DNA from: the human T2T-CHM13v2.0 reference genome, Homo sapiens
Assembly (NCBI RefSeq): GCF_009914755.1
Contig: NC_060927.1
Length of the DNA: 64,000 nt
Reading direction: 5' to 3' (one strand)
The notes beneath the pieces were generated by a model. The model did not search any database, was not told where the DNA came from, and saw nothing but the letters and a program-made list of their open reading frames with translations. The translations under genes were made by a program, and so were the position numbers. Positions 30,707-44,264 of this stretch are shown here, piece by piece; within the stretch, counting starts at the first letter, position 1; every line of letters starts with the position of its first letter.

Positions 30707-31506
30707 CTGTATGCTATCTTTTTAATCCTCACAAGTGTATTATTGGGAAAATGAGTCACATGTCACCATTAAGTGACAAATCCAGATTTTGAGGCTAAGT
30801 CTTCCAAGTCCATTGTTCTTTCTGATACCCCAGTGGTTCTCAATCTTGGCTACGCATTAGAATACGTAGGAAGCTTTTTCAATTTTGCCAGAGCCTGACT
30901 CACCAGTAATATTCACAATAGATGGTAGGGGCAGGGTGGGAAGGATAGCAGAGAAACCAACAAAAGTGCTTCCAGAAAAAGTAAAAAGAATATTTCAGTG
31001 ATCCTTACTGTCACTTCCTCTGAAGTGAATAATAGAGCAGATTTATTAGTAGTTTAAAACTTTGTACACAGAGCTATGAAAATAAAGAATATTTATGAAA
31101 AGATAAAATAAGAATAGCATGAGGTAATAGAGTTTTGATTTCCCTCAAATACCAAATATCTGGCAATTTAACACATAAGTCATGCTCTTATTACACAAAC
31201 CTTAATAAAATGTAAACTAAAGTATAATGCATTTTGAAGATAATCTGCTTTACAAATGTAGGCTTAGGATTTCTACATCAAGAATCAAGATCAAATTGAA
31301 TAAAATTATTCAGAAGAGTCATTTCAGGTTCCTGCTAGAGCATAGAGCTAAAACCAGTTAACTGGTGTGGAAAACTTGTGGAAACACAAGTTAACTAGTG
31401 TTTAGTTTAACTTGTGAGTTAAAACCAGTTAACTGGTGCGGAAATTCAGAATCATAGTGTACTACTGAAAGAGTTTCTAATCTCAGCAAGATCTGTTACC
31501 ATCTGA

Positions 31507-31554
31507 AAAGTTATTAATGGCAAAAACTGCAATTACTTTTGCACCAACCTAATA
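31507..31554. mobile_element. Half Made1 (Hsmar1-derived MITE)
   Basis: taatggcaaaaactgcaattacttttgcaccaacctaata is one Hsmar1 terminal inverted repeat plus TA. Confidence 0.9.
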
Positions 31555-31902
31555 CTTAGTTCTATAAATTAGTAGCTATTTGTAAAGGATAAATCTATCC
31601 TAGATATCCCTAATTTAGATCTGAAAATGTCTTTCTTGGAATGTTTTCTAACTACAGGGTTAGAAACATCTTTAAGTAGAGTGAGTTTAAATGTTTGGTG
31701 TAGCAACCCATCTTGCATGTGTTTAAATGTTTGTATACCAACACATTCTTTGAGTGGGGTAAACTATATATACGTACTCAAAGAATGTACATTTTTGAGA
31801 TTAGATTTTTACCAAGCACAATTTGGTAAAGGGAAGTAGGGAAGTAGGACTTGTGGGTTGTACCACTTTTGCAGGAGAAAAATGCAGGTATTTTGGAGCT
31901 AA

Positions 31903-32207
<305 letters not shown>

Positions 32208-33302
32208 ATGGTTCTTAAACTCTAACCTAATCTTTTCCCCCAACTAGAAACTTTCAGTAGTTCTCCACTATCTTTGGCATAAAATTCAAGCACACACCCA
32301 GAGAAAACCTCCACCACAAGATTTTTGGTTTATTCTTTAATACTTAGCTTTGACGTTGCTACTCTGTGAAGCCTTCCGTGCCTCCCATAGGCACTTGTAC
32401 TATGTACCTATATCCGTCATATATATCTCAGTTACTGATTCAATTTACAGTTGTTGAATGCCAGTTTTATGCCATGAATTGTATTTAGTGTTGAAGATAC
32501 TGAGTAAAGCAGCCTTTATTTTTTAATGATCTCTAGGTGAGGAAGCATATTTAAGCAAATTTTAGAAAGTGTGATAAGCTCTCACTGTAGCAAGGAGGAA
32601 AAAGAGGGGCACTGTCTCATAGCACATATCACATTCTTTTGTGATCATTACTGTGTTTCTCTCCCACTGGAATGGAAGGCGTGTATATTCCCTGCATCAG
32701 AGTCATAAGTATAGAGTTGGTGTGCAATAGTAGTTGTATTTTGGATGGATGGATGGGTGGGTGAGTGGTTGGGAGGAAATTGCAACAACTGCCTAAAATT
32801 GTTTAGTAGATTATCGACAGACTTTATTTAGAGTTGGATAAGGGAGGTGCATGAATATGGGAACATATATATCCTTACACTGTATAAGCTAAATCCTTGC
32901 CTTGGGAACTTCTCCTTGTGGTTCAGTGAGTCTTGAATCTGTTAGAGAGGATCTCGGGATATAGGCTTTTCAGTCAGCGCTTTGCTAAACACATCAAAGA
33001 AGTCTGTCACTTGATGGTTCATTGCTTTATGATTTGCCAGAAGTTCAGGCAAAAGGTCCCAATTAAAAGCCCTGGGTTGTTTCTCATGGTCTCTTGCTCA
33101 ATGGCAAGGGGAGATTCCTCAAGGCTTCATCACATCACCAAACAGTGCATCCAGTTAATCTGCTAGATTTAAAAAAACAAAACAAAACAAAACATGCCAT
33201 GCTAAAATTTAATAGTTCAGTTTCACACATAGTCCAATTCCCTCCATATTGGACTATGGGCCTCTGTTTGTGTTGACATAAAGGTATCTCTAGACTCTAG
33301 AA

Positions 33303-33454
33303 CAGTGATTCTCAGCCCTGGCTTAAAAACAAAAAGAAAAGAAATACCAGACTCCACCTCCAGAGTCTTATTTGCCTGTAATGGGGCCCAGGCATCTCTA
33401 TTTTTTGAAAGCGCCCAAGTTGATTCTAATATATAATCAGGACTGGAAACACTG
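33303..33454. mobile_element. MER5-family element
   Basis: cagtgattctcagccctggc...ggggccaggcatc...tgattctaat...aaacactg, with ctag-centred flanks. Confidence 0.7.
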
Positions 33455-33906
33455 GCCTAGAGTCAAGACCAGAACACTTTACAATTAGCCTGGAATTTGT
33501 TCCACAAAAATTTCTTCCTGCCTTCTTCTGATCCTTCAGGTCTCTATCTAATTATCACCTCCTCAGTAATATTGTCCGGTGACCTTGCTTTTTGTAGGAA
33601 AAAAGTCATCCAAAGGGGCCTCCTCTATCACCTTGTCCCTCAAAGTATTTACTACAACCTGAAAATAACTTGTGTATTTATTTGTTTTCTTGTTTGTTAT
33701 CCATCCCTCCTACTAAATGAGGAATATCATATATTTATTGGCAGCTGCTGTTGTGTGAATGTCGTCAGCTGTAGATCTAGTAATATGTGTGACTGCTGCT
33801 AGGCCAAATCAAGGAAGGGGAGAAGGAGCTGGAAGAAAGGGTAAAAACGGGTGAAAATTTGATGGGAAGTGAAAATTCAGACAATACTCCTAAAAGTGAA
33901 AATTCT

Positions 33907-34068
33907 GACCAGGCGCAGTAGCTTATGGCTGTAATTCCAGCACTTTGGGAGGCCAAGGCAGGAGGATTGCTTGGGCCCAGGAGTTCAAGGCCAGAGTGAG
34001 CTATGATTGTGCTATTGCACTCCAACCTGGGCGATAGCGCAAGACTCTGTCTCTTAAAAAAATTAATA
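33907..34068 (+). mobile_element. FAM/FRAM-type Alu monomer
   Basis: Single monomer that includes the right-arm segment and an A-tail. TSD aaaattct. Confidence 0.85.
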
Positions 34069-34554
34069 AAAATTCTAACCCCTATTCCCCAGGAGTAGCC
34101 ACTGTTTACAGTTTGGTGTTTATTGTTTGAAGTGTATTGAAATGTGTACACAAATAACATACAGATTGGTTTACAAATAATGGAACACTTTAACAAATAT
34201 ATTACTCAGTAACTATGTTGTATATAAATGTGTAGTCAAAGCCTGTAGTTGACCTACGGCAAGACACTTGTAAGAGTAGCTCCTTGATTTAATGCCAACT
34301 ATGTTTTCTATAAGATAACCTAGTTACTGGGTGATAGATTTTTTAAAACTGTTCAATTCCCTTTGAATTGTTCTATATTTCACACACACACACACTCTTC
34401 CCAAAAATATTATTGTGCCTACTTATTAATGCAGTTATTTTAGAGGTTAGCTGTCCTCCCAAAATTGGCTTAGATTTAAATAGGGTTAAGTGGTGATAAA
34501 TTTAGTAGTAGTAGCCATACCCTCTCACTTTGTCTCAGTTCACCTATTTAATAG

Positions 34555-34768
34555 TATACTATGACCAGCAGATCAAATCAGACCCTTAATCTGTTTTTGT
34601 AAATAAAGTTTTATTGGAACATGGCTATACTCCTTCATTTACATATTATCTATCGCTGTTTCTGTGACGCAGTGTCAGAGGTGAGTAGCTGCGACAGAGA
34701 TCACATAGCCCACAAAATCTGAAATATTACTATCTGGCTTTTTAGGGAAAAAGTTGGCTGACCACTTC
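34555..34768. mobile_element. MER58A
   Basis: ctgtttttgtaaataaagttttattggaac...gtagctgcgacagaga...tattactatctggc...aaaagttggctgacc. Confidence 0.88.
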
Positions 34769-36739
34769 CCTAGTTGATCAAAAAGATTATACCATCAGTA
34801 ATCAATCAGAACAACCCAACTGAGCCCAGTTTATGAGAATGTATTGGTGGTTCTGGGATTTTACATCTTTAAAACTCTATCTGATTGCTTTTCGTAGGAA
34901 GAAAGTCAGCCAGAACATTGTTAAATGACAGGGTGGGGAGGGAGTGGGAGACATGTTCCATCTAGTTGGGTCTTGTCTTCCTGTCAGGCAGGTCACATCT
35001 TCTCCCTTTCTCTTCTTTCCTCTCCCAAAAGAAACAGTACACATTGCAGATGTGGCCACGGTTTTCAAAATACCTGTAGGTTGGATCCTTTGAATTTAAA
35101 CCAGTCTGCCAAGTCTTTGCTGCCAAGCCTCATAAATCATTTGGCTGAATAATTAAAGGGATGGGTGTCTTGTTGAATGCTGCACCAGGTGTGGTGGGGC
35201 AACTTACCCTCCCCTAAGCTGCTCAGCATAGAAGGTCGGGGACCCAACACGGTGTCGCCTATGAGGGAAGCACAATGAGACATCTGGTTTTCATCTCCAG
35301 TGGGCTTGTCCATATCCCCCCCAATTCTGAAGCTTTGTTGGAAATGCCCCTCTCTGGAGATTCCATCACAAATCTGCTGGTGATGCGTGTGTGACTGTTT
35401 GCAGCTCTGGAAAAGCGCGGTGCCACTGCAAGTGGAAAACATGCCCAAAGCTCACTGGGACTGACCACCTCCTGTACAGACCTGTGTCTCTAATGAATTC
35501 TTCTTTATTTGGAGCTGATGGTGTTGTACTTAAAAGCTGCTGGGTAAATCACGCACAGACTGATCATGATTTTGGTTTAGAGTTAGGTTAGAGCATCTCT
35601 TTTAAGTTATGAATTATTATGAATTTTTTGTACCTTCAAAACTTCTTGTTGTTCAAAACATTCTCCATACAGAAGATAGGTCTTAATACATTATATCCCC
35701 TGATACACATTTGCTTTCAAGCTTCTGTGGCTTAGACTGGAGTATCTCTATAATCTCAGGAGTGAATATTCACATTTTCTAGAACCACCAGTTTCTGCCT
35801 GCCACTGCTTACTTGCTTTTACAAGATTTGCACACAGGTACACACTCTTCTAGTAATTCCGAGTAGGATGGAAGTAGCCTAAAATTTGAGTGACCTAGAT
35901 AGCTGATAAAAAGTAAAGCTGATTTTATGCCTAGCTTTTAAAACCAAATGCATATCTGTCCATCATATGGGTGTGATTGACCTCAATTTTTAATGATGAA
36001 ATTACATAGCTAAAAAAGACCTTGAAGCTCATCTAATTGTACATGTGGAAACGGGGCCTGTGGACCTGGAGTGACTTGTCCAAAATGATGAAGCCTAGTC
36101 CCTTAGGCCTTAGACCAGGTGGCTTGATCTCTAGTTATACATCCCACCCCTATGACTTCCCCTCTAAAGCATGATTTAAACAAAAGGAAGTACCAGAAAC
36201 TTCAGTTTGGGTTCATATTGCCTTCTCTGATGAGTATGTGTATGTTCTGAAGCTCTCTCTGCTGTCTGCAAATCAGACATTCTTGCTGGGTTGCATCAGA
36301 GTCCAGGCGACAAGATTGATGAAGAAAGGGCAGAGGAGGGATGACGTAATGGATTGTGCAGCATTTACCTGCGAATTATCTCTAGCTGTGTACTGCTTGA
36401 TGTCTGTGTGACTCACATACTGAGGTACTGCCATCCCTATTATTCAGCACTGTAGCCTCACACTTACCTCACCCTGTGTTTCTCTCCTTTTCCTGCCAAA
36501 TCTGATTAGAAGCACTTTTGTTGTAAGCCCATGTTTATGAAGCCATAAGTGGACTTCATACCAATGACCATGTGGAGAAAATAAAAGAATGTTAGAACTG
36601 GCAAGTTACACATTGACTCAGTCAAACCAGCTTGATTTCTGTCTCAGTGTAGTGCAGTAAATACTTACATAGCACCTGCCATATGCCCAGCACTGTCAGG
36701 GTTTTCTTCCCTTACGTGGTTGTTTTGTCTTCTTAGCTT

Positions 36740-36960
36740 CAGTTTAACCAATGCACCTAGAATAAACCTGTAGCAAGTGCCTACCATGTGCAAGTGACTA
36801 TGATAGATGCGTTCACATGCATTTTTTCTTTTGAATCTCAAAACAACCCTGTGAAGTATCCATTTTGTAGATGGCCCAGGTGACTTAGCTCATGTGTGTC
36901 AGAATTGGAATTAGAATCTCAGTCCCTTGACACTAAGTACAGTGTTTTTTCCAGTGCATC
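36740..36960 (-). mobile_element. MIR
   Basis: aatctcaaaacaaccctgtgaagtatccattttgtagatg...gtgacttagc. Confidence 0.7.
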
Positions 36961-38714
36961 ACAAGTATATTTGATTTGTGTACTCGAGAAGTTTTTGCAA
37001 GAAAACTCTCCAGTTTTCTTAAGGTCATCTTCATACTTGATCTATGATCTTCATACTTCATCTAGTGTCTGCCTCTGTTGTTTGTTTACCCTTGAGATGC
37101 TAAAAGTCAAGAGCATAGACATATGTATATTTATTGAGCAATAACCATTAAGTTCTATGTTGAAGTTGTATCATACAAACACTAACTTTGCATGAGTTCA
37201 ACTACACCTGCTCAGCAAATGAATATAAAGAGAGAAGGCATAAAAATTTACATTGTGCAAACAAGTCTTCTCAGGTTGTATTCAATGAGTCTATGCCTGG
37301 GAATGAACCTGAAATGGACGGTGTATATTGATTTTTCTGTACATGTCTGTTCCCACCTGCCTCTCTCAGGGTAAGCATCTTGCCTTACTCAGATGGTTAC
37401 CAAAACTGGAGGCAAAATCCACCTTGATTCGGCCTACTGAGAGACAGTATTGGCTTCCTGCATGATGCCTTCCTAGGGGATTTGCAAGGTAATTTTGACA
37501 TAAATTGAGGGTTTTTTCCCCCTTACATATTCTCCAAGAAACCTAAACTCCAAGTAAAATGCAGCTTCCGTAGGATGATAGTGGGTTGCATATAATCAAG
37601 GAGGGGATTTTTCTTTAGAGTGAACTGAAACTGTCTTGGGCTCAAGAACATTGTGTATAATGGTAGCTGAACATATCTTCTATTCTCTGTGTATTGTGAC
37701 AGGTTGGAAGGATTAATACTGAGAAGATCAAATATTCTTTGTGTTCATAAGAGAACTGTGTTACCACTGAAACCAAGGGAGGAGAACCAACAGAAGGAAA
37801 AATCCAATGAGGTCACCCATCAGAGTGGTGGAGAAAAAGGATTAAGAAAATCCCATTAAATTTAGTTGCAGGTGACGTTTGAAAGAATAGTTGTAGTCAA
37901 TTATAAGGTCAAAACCAAGATACAAGGAATTAAGAAACATCATCATCATCAGGACAGAGTAGCCAACAGGATGTCATGAAACCAAAAGAGGACGGCTTCA
38001 TGAAGAGAGAGCACCATAGGTGGGGGTTGAGGAATGAGAACTGGGACTAGGTAGTGATAATACCTAAAAGGTAGGATTGGTGGGTTTAAAAGTGGAAGCA
38101 CGTAATGTCATCAAAATGAATTCTGGCTTCTGAGCTAGTCTGAGATTCTTAATGTTTGAGTTTCCCCCTATGGGGCAGGTGGGGAAAATCTGGCCACTGA
38201 GAGATTAGAGGCAGGAGAATTATTGGTGTCTGTTGGCAAGCAGATTCTCATAGCCTCATACCCATTAGATATTGGATTTCACTTTCATTACTTTTCTAAG
38301 TAGTTAGGTTCTAATTTGCTTGCAATTTGAGAAATCAAGGCTGGCTCTACAAGGCTGTCATCATGCTGGGAAAAGGGGTGCCAGAATGCAGCAGGACGTA
38401 ACCAGAAAGCCAGTAAAGGTTCAACTCTTATGAATAGGAAAGCCAGCTAATTCATTCATAATACCAAACCTTATCTTACTCAAGGAAGTGGAGTTACAAC
38501 CAGGAAACCTCCCTTTCTTTCCTGTATTTGTATAGCACCTTGTATTGTTAAAAATGAAAGGTTGTTGGTGATAATTTTCTTTTTCTCAGATTGCTCACTT
38601 TGTGTTTTTGGCTCAATATTCAGTGTGACTGCTTGACTACTGTCACTCAAACAGGCTGTCTTGAAAAAGGTGAAGCTGGGAGGTTAGGGGGTTCAGATTA
38701 GGATGGGATCTCAG

Positions 38715-38868
38715 AGTGGGGTCCCTCTACCCCCACTGTATAGGAATCTCCTTGGGTGCTTATTAAAAATGTAGATTCCAGGGTTCCACCCAAGACCTAC
38801 TAAATATGAATCTATATTTATAGCATCCCTGAGAATTCTTATGAAGTCTAGATTTTAAGAACCCTGGT
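38715..38868. mobile_element. MER5-family element
   Basis: gtgcttattaaaaatgtagattccagggttccacccaagacctactaaat...ttaagaaccctg. Confidence 0.72.
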
Positions 38869-41800
38869 TTAGGAAATGTGAGTGTAGTGTAATAAACCAA
38901 ATTTTACAAGAATAACCTTTTAACAAATTGAATTCCAATGATTCTAAAGTTAAATTGTATTTATAAAATATAGCCAGAAATATTTGTTTTAATGGAAATT
39001 TATAAGCCTCTTTGAAACTCTTAGAGAAATCTAAATACAAGGCACACAGAAAATGTTAGCAGTCATAATAAACACACTTGGTTATGAGGAAGAGTGTTGT
39101 GAATTCAGAAAGTTTGTGTGTTTTGTGGAATTTCTATTATTGCCCAAGAGAGGAAAGAACTGAAAGGAGAGAACTTGGAAGAAGCTTTCTTTGGCTTCCA
39201 AGATCCTAATCCTCCAAAATGCAGCTGCTTGCTACCCACCATCTCTTTGCCACAGACCAGCTGTGTCCCCATTCATTCCCACCTCCGCTATTGCTTTTTC
39301 AATCCACACATGCCAGAACCAGAATGGAGAATGGTAGAGAAGGGAAAGGTAGTTTGATAGGAAGTGGGATAGAAGTTTTATAGAAAAGAGGTTTCTGGAA
39401 AGCCCTAAAGCATTAGACCAGAAAGCCCTTAGCCGTAGACCTCTGGGTAAAATTTGTTGCAGTTATAAAACTCTGTGGGATGCAGGTAGGTATACTGGTG
39501 GTTTCTGGGGGCTGGGGCAGTAAGACAGGCTGACCCCATTAAGATAACCTCAGAAACTAACCCAAACTGTTTTCCCCAGCCCTCAACTGATCTTTGGCTC
39601 TTATTTAAATTTTGTTTTTGTTGTCTTTGAATTGTTTCCTTTGTACAAGTCATTTCCCTAAATAATCTCCAGATTTCTTCATGAGTGGAATAGTTAGGTA
39701 CTTCCTTTGAATACCTTTGCCAACAGCCTTTTTTCCTCCTTCCCCATAATTATCATAACTATTACCCACAAATGGATAAATTTGGTTCCTATCTTTCAGT
39801 GCTTTTCATGAGGTTATCATCTATAATTTTCTGCCCCAAAGTCTCCTTTTAAAAAAAGTATTTTTTCTATATAGTCATGAAGGCTATCATTCAAATCCCA
39901 GAAGTTGTAGTTTTACCCTTTTTGTTTAGTACTGTTAAAACTCAGCTTTGGAATGATGAGAATTCAGCTCATTTATCTTACATCTTTTCTTTCCAAAAAA
40001 AAAAAAAAATTCCAGCTTGGGTTGCACTCAGCCCTTAGCATAGTGACTCCCAGAGTTTGCTAGTTAAGTTAGGAAATTAAAAGTAAGAGCTTACTCTGTT
40101 TTGAATCAGATAAGTAAATTAATGATTGCGGCATGTCAGCCAAAGTAAACAAGCATTCTTGATGGGTAGAACTGTGCATTGTCTTAAGCTATTTGATTAC
40201 TAAACCACTGCAAGCTTTTAAAATTGAACTATCTCTAATATGCATTGAGAAGGATAAAAAATAACTTGTTTTAAAAAGTGTTTTTGTTTGGTTTTGTTCT
40301 GTATATTCTTTGTCCAAAACTTGAGCATATTCATCTTTATAAATCTTTCATTACTTACTGGCTTTCTTAGTGCCTTAGCTGGTATTTTCCACATGAGGTT
40401 TACACCATCTTGTGGCCTACAGTTTTCTGACTCGCTTTTTCTTGCATCCTTGGCATTCATTAGCCTATTGGTAAATGTTTGAAATGGGAAGAAAAGGAGA
40501 AATCACCTGTCATTTTCTGCTCTTAAGGCTTTTATTGCTTTTTCTATTTTCTCTTCATGACCATGAAAGTAAATGGTTTGAGTCTCTCAGACATACTCTT
40601 TTTAGCTTTTATTTTTTGAGATGAAAATATCTTATTTCCTGAAATTTTTATTTGACTAGAAAACTAGTCCATGTAGAGGAGAGCTTTGATGATGTGTCTG
40701 CCCACAAAACAGATTTTTGCCATGGCTCGCTAATGCATTTTGTGTGAAATATCAAATTTTGGAAACCTTGCTTGTATATCTCCCACCACAGAAAAAAATG
40801 AGAAGATGAAATGAGAGAAATCAAATCATGAAAGATGCAAAAGTCTAGTCAGCAGAAACAGTAAGAGATCCGTTATGTAATGAAGAAGAGAGTCAGGGAC
40901 AAAACCAACTCTCAGTTATGTGACTGAGGCACAGAGAGGCCCAGAATTGGCCCAGAAAGTGTACAGATTTTGCTCTAATTGCATTTCAAGGTCAACCTTT
41001 AAATTGCCTTAAACCAAAAAAGTGTGTCACTGATGGAAGCTACAGTATCGTGTAGGCAAAATGGGCCTTGTTGCTTTGACTGCCACTGTTACCAATTGTG
41101 ATATAGTACTGATAGAAAAAATATATTAGTTATCTAGTGGCAACAGGGAATTGGCCACTGCCAGCCACTGAGGGAGTACAGACAGGTGTCTATTGGTGTC
41201 TGTTAGTGAACAGATTCTTATAGTCTCTCACCCACTGGGTAATGCATTGCATATAGTTACTAGTTTTTAAAATAGTTAACTCCTAATTTTCTTGCAAATT
41301 TGGAAACTGAGGGCTCCCTGGGAATTATAGGTTATGGTTGTTTTCCCCAGCACAACCTTGCCTGGGACCTGTACACAAAGTGTTTCCCTCCTCCAAGTTG
41401 ACATAACATTTTCCACCTTCCTAATGTTTTTACTAACATAATTACAATAAATTGCTGCTGCTGTTGGAGACATTCTCTTTTCTCACATCTGGGTTTAAAG
41501 CTTTCAGTAAGGCTACTAAGCAGTGGGAAGGAAGGAGCCTTTCCATAACTTTAAGGTCATTCCTGATAAAGGTAACTACTCCACCCCTGCTTCCCAATTA
41601 GATTCCCTGCCAGCAATAGCATAGACTTGAACCAGTGCCAAATGTTTTAATACCATAAGGACTTGCTTGATAAAGGCTATGCAAGGCAAAGAAAAAAAGC
41701 AGCCAAAGTTCCCCAAACTAAAATTTTCCAAGATTTTCATATGAGTTGCAGCCAGGGTACCCTTCATATAAGTGTTACCATGTGTTTGCTGTAGTCATTG

Positions 41801-43434
41801 GTATCCTGCAATTCTCATTCTCCAGGACTTCTAGAGATTAGAATTTAGAGGAAGTGCTGGTGATGTCAAGATGGAAATCTACTCTAGCTGCAAAGAATAT
41901 AGTCTTTGACAAAAAGAAGGACAATAGCAAAGACAGGGAACAATGGTGGGGTTAATACTATGATCTTTCCAAATAATTATTAAGTAATTATAAGTCTATT
42001 GCACAGCAACATTCAGCATTGTACTTCATTGTACCATTAATGTTTGCATATGTTTGCTAGCCTTGCTTCTCTTACTGTTATAAACTCTAGACTAGGAGGA
42101 GTATTGTCTTGCTCTGGCCCTTGTATTTTGCGTGCAGAAATAGCATAATGTCATCAATAAACAGTTGTTGGTCATCTGACTAGATGCAGCAAAGTGATTT
42201 TATTCCTGGGCATGGGTGGGATTAATTAATAATTACAAAGTGCCTACATAGTTCAGAAACTTGGAACACCTATAAATATAGGAAAGAAACTTTTTTCTGT
42301 TTGACATTGATTTTCAGATTTCATATGCAATGATAGTTTTAGCCTCAACATCCACCCAAACCTTTACCATAGTTGCTAAGAAATAATAAAAATGACTGGT
42401 TTGCAGTAGACTTAAAAGGAAAAATAAAGCTTCTTTGGCCTTTAAATATTAGAATATTCCCGAATGAGAATTCAAATTGAGTGCAAGTGACTGAACTTAC
42501 TGAGGCCTGTTTCAATTTGATCACTCAAAGCTTTGCCTCCTGTTTGAAGAAATTCTTGGATTTTAACCTACGGTATTATCAAGAATATAAGATCTATCTT
42601 CAGTTCAATTTATTTTCCTGTTGTCCTGAAACAAAATGGCAGCCAATATAAATTTCCCCATAATTTCACTGAGGGAGTTAGAGTTCGCAGTAGTGGTAAT
42701 AATAATGATAGCATTAAAAGCAGAAACAAGACTGTCTGCTCCTGTTAGCAACCTGAGCAGTCAAAGACATTAATGGACCATGAAGACTAGAGGGCTGGGG
42801 TGACTGTGGGTCAGAGCTAATGCACATAGGCAAGCACGGTATAGGGGAACTTTCGTCACCTCCACTACACTGAGCCTTTTCACTTGATAGACCAAGCTCT
42901 TAATTTCCCCAGGTTGTTAATCTGGCACCTTTCATGAACATCAGTATTCACTTTGGAAAATAAAAAAGCAAACAGCCAAAACATCTAAGTGTTAAGGGGA
43001 AAGAAAGTCAACAGAGGAAATTACAGTAGCACATGATACACTGGCACCTTTTTCTTGAGTCATAGGAGGCAAAGATATTTGAAAGTCTGCAGCTTTGATT
43101 GTCTCTCTCTTAGTAACCAGAGGTCTTGAGAAAGAGAGTGCAATGTATGGTTTAGCTGTAGCCCTTATATGTATACGTGTCCACATTTTCAAAACTGACC
43201 CCTTAAAATATGTATGAGAGCCAAGTGGTTTGAAAGTAAATACCACTTTCTTTCACCATTGCTTTTGCTCCATGTTTACCATTTCCTTTCTAACATTAGT
43301 TACTGTTTCTAAAGGAATTGGTGTTTCCTGATCTGGTATAGTTTCTGTTTGTTTTGGATTGTCCATCAGTTGTTAAGATATCTACCATATGTTTTACAGA
43401 CTAGTATATTGAGGGTTGAGTACCATACCAAGTT

Positions 43435-43524
43435 CTCACTTTTTTCTTTCTGTCTCTCTTATTTTTAGGTAAGTCATCTGATTGGAGCCACATTTCATTT
43501 GATGGAATTTTCCATTTGGTAAAG
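43435..43524 (+). other. Candidate recursive splice site (branch point, polypyrimidine tract, AG|GTAAGT) with a 50-nt RS-exon
   Basis: ctcAc branch motif, about 28-nt AG-free pyrimidine tract, TAG|GTAAGT, then a downstream TTG|GTAAAG donor. Confidence 0.5.
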
Positions 43525-43803
43525 TATTGCTATTTTTATCAAATGATGTAAACTGTCATTTTTGTGATTTCTCAGTATGTTTTTCCCCCCACAACATTGT
43601 CCTTAGTAGTATACTGTGTTCTGCACGGAAGGAAAAAAAAATGAGTTGGGGAGCGGGGAGGTTTGGAAACAAGAAAAAAGGCATGTAACTGAGTATATTT
43701 ACATGTCAAAAAACACTTATTGAAAGAAACCTGCCTCTTTATAGCTATTGTCCTCAATTTTGCCTTTTAGAGCTCCAAGAAGTAGAGAAGTTATTATATT
43801 TAA

Positions 43804-44264
<461 letters not shown>

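Noticed and set aside
31345-31444. CRISPR-like repeat-spacer-repeat
   Set aside because: Only two repeats, the spacer is itself derived from the repeat, the context is eukaryotic and there are no cas genes. Kept as a palindrome finding.
31507-31554. miR-548-type hairpin from Made1
   Set aside because: Only one arm of the MITE is present, so no hairpin can form.
37392-37488. Possible exon (cttactcag ... aag|gtaatt)
   Set aside because: Stops in all three frames and only moderate splice signals.
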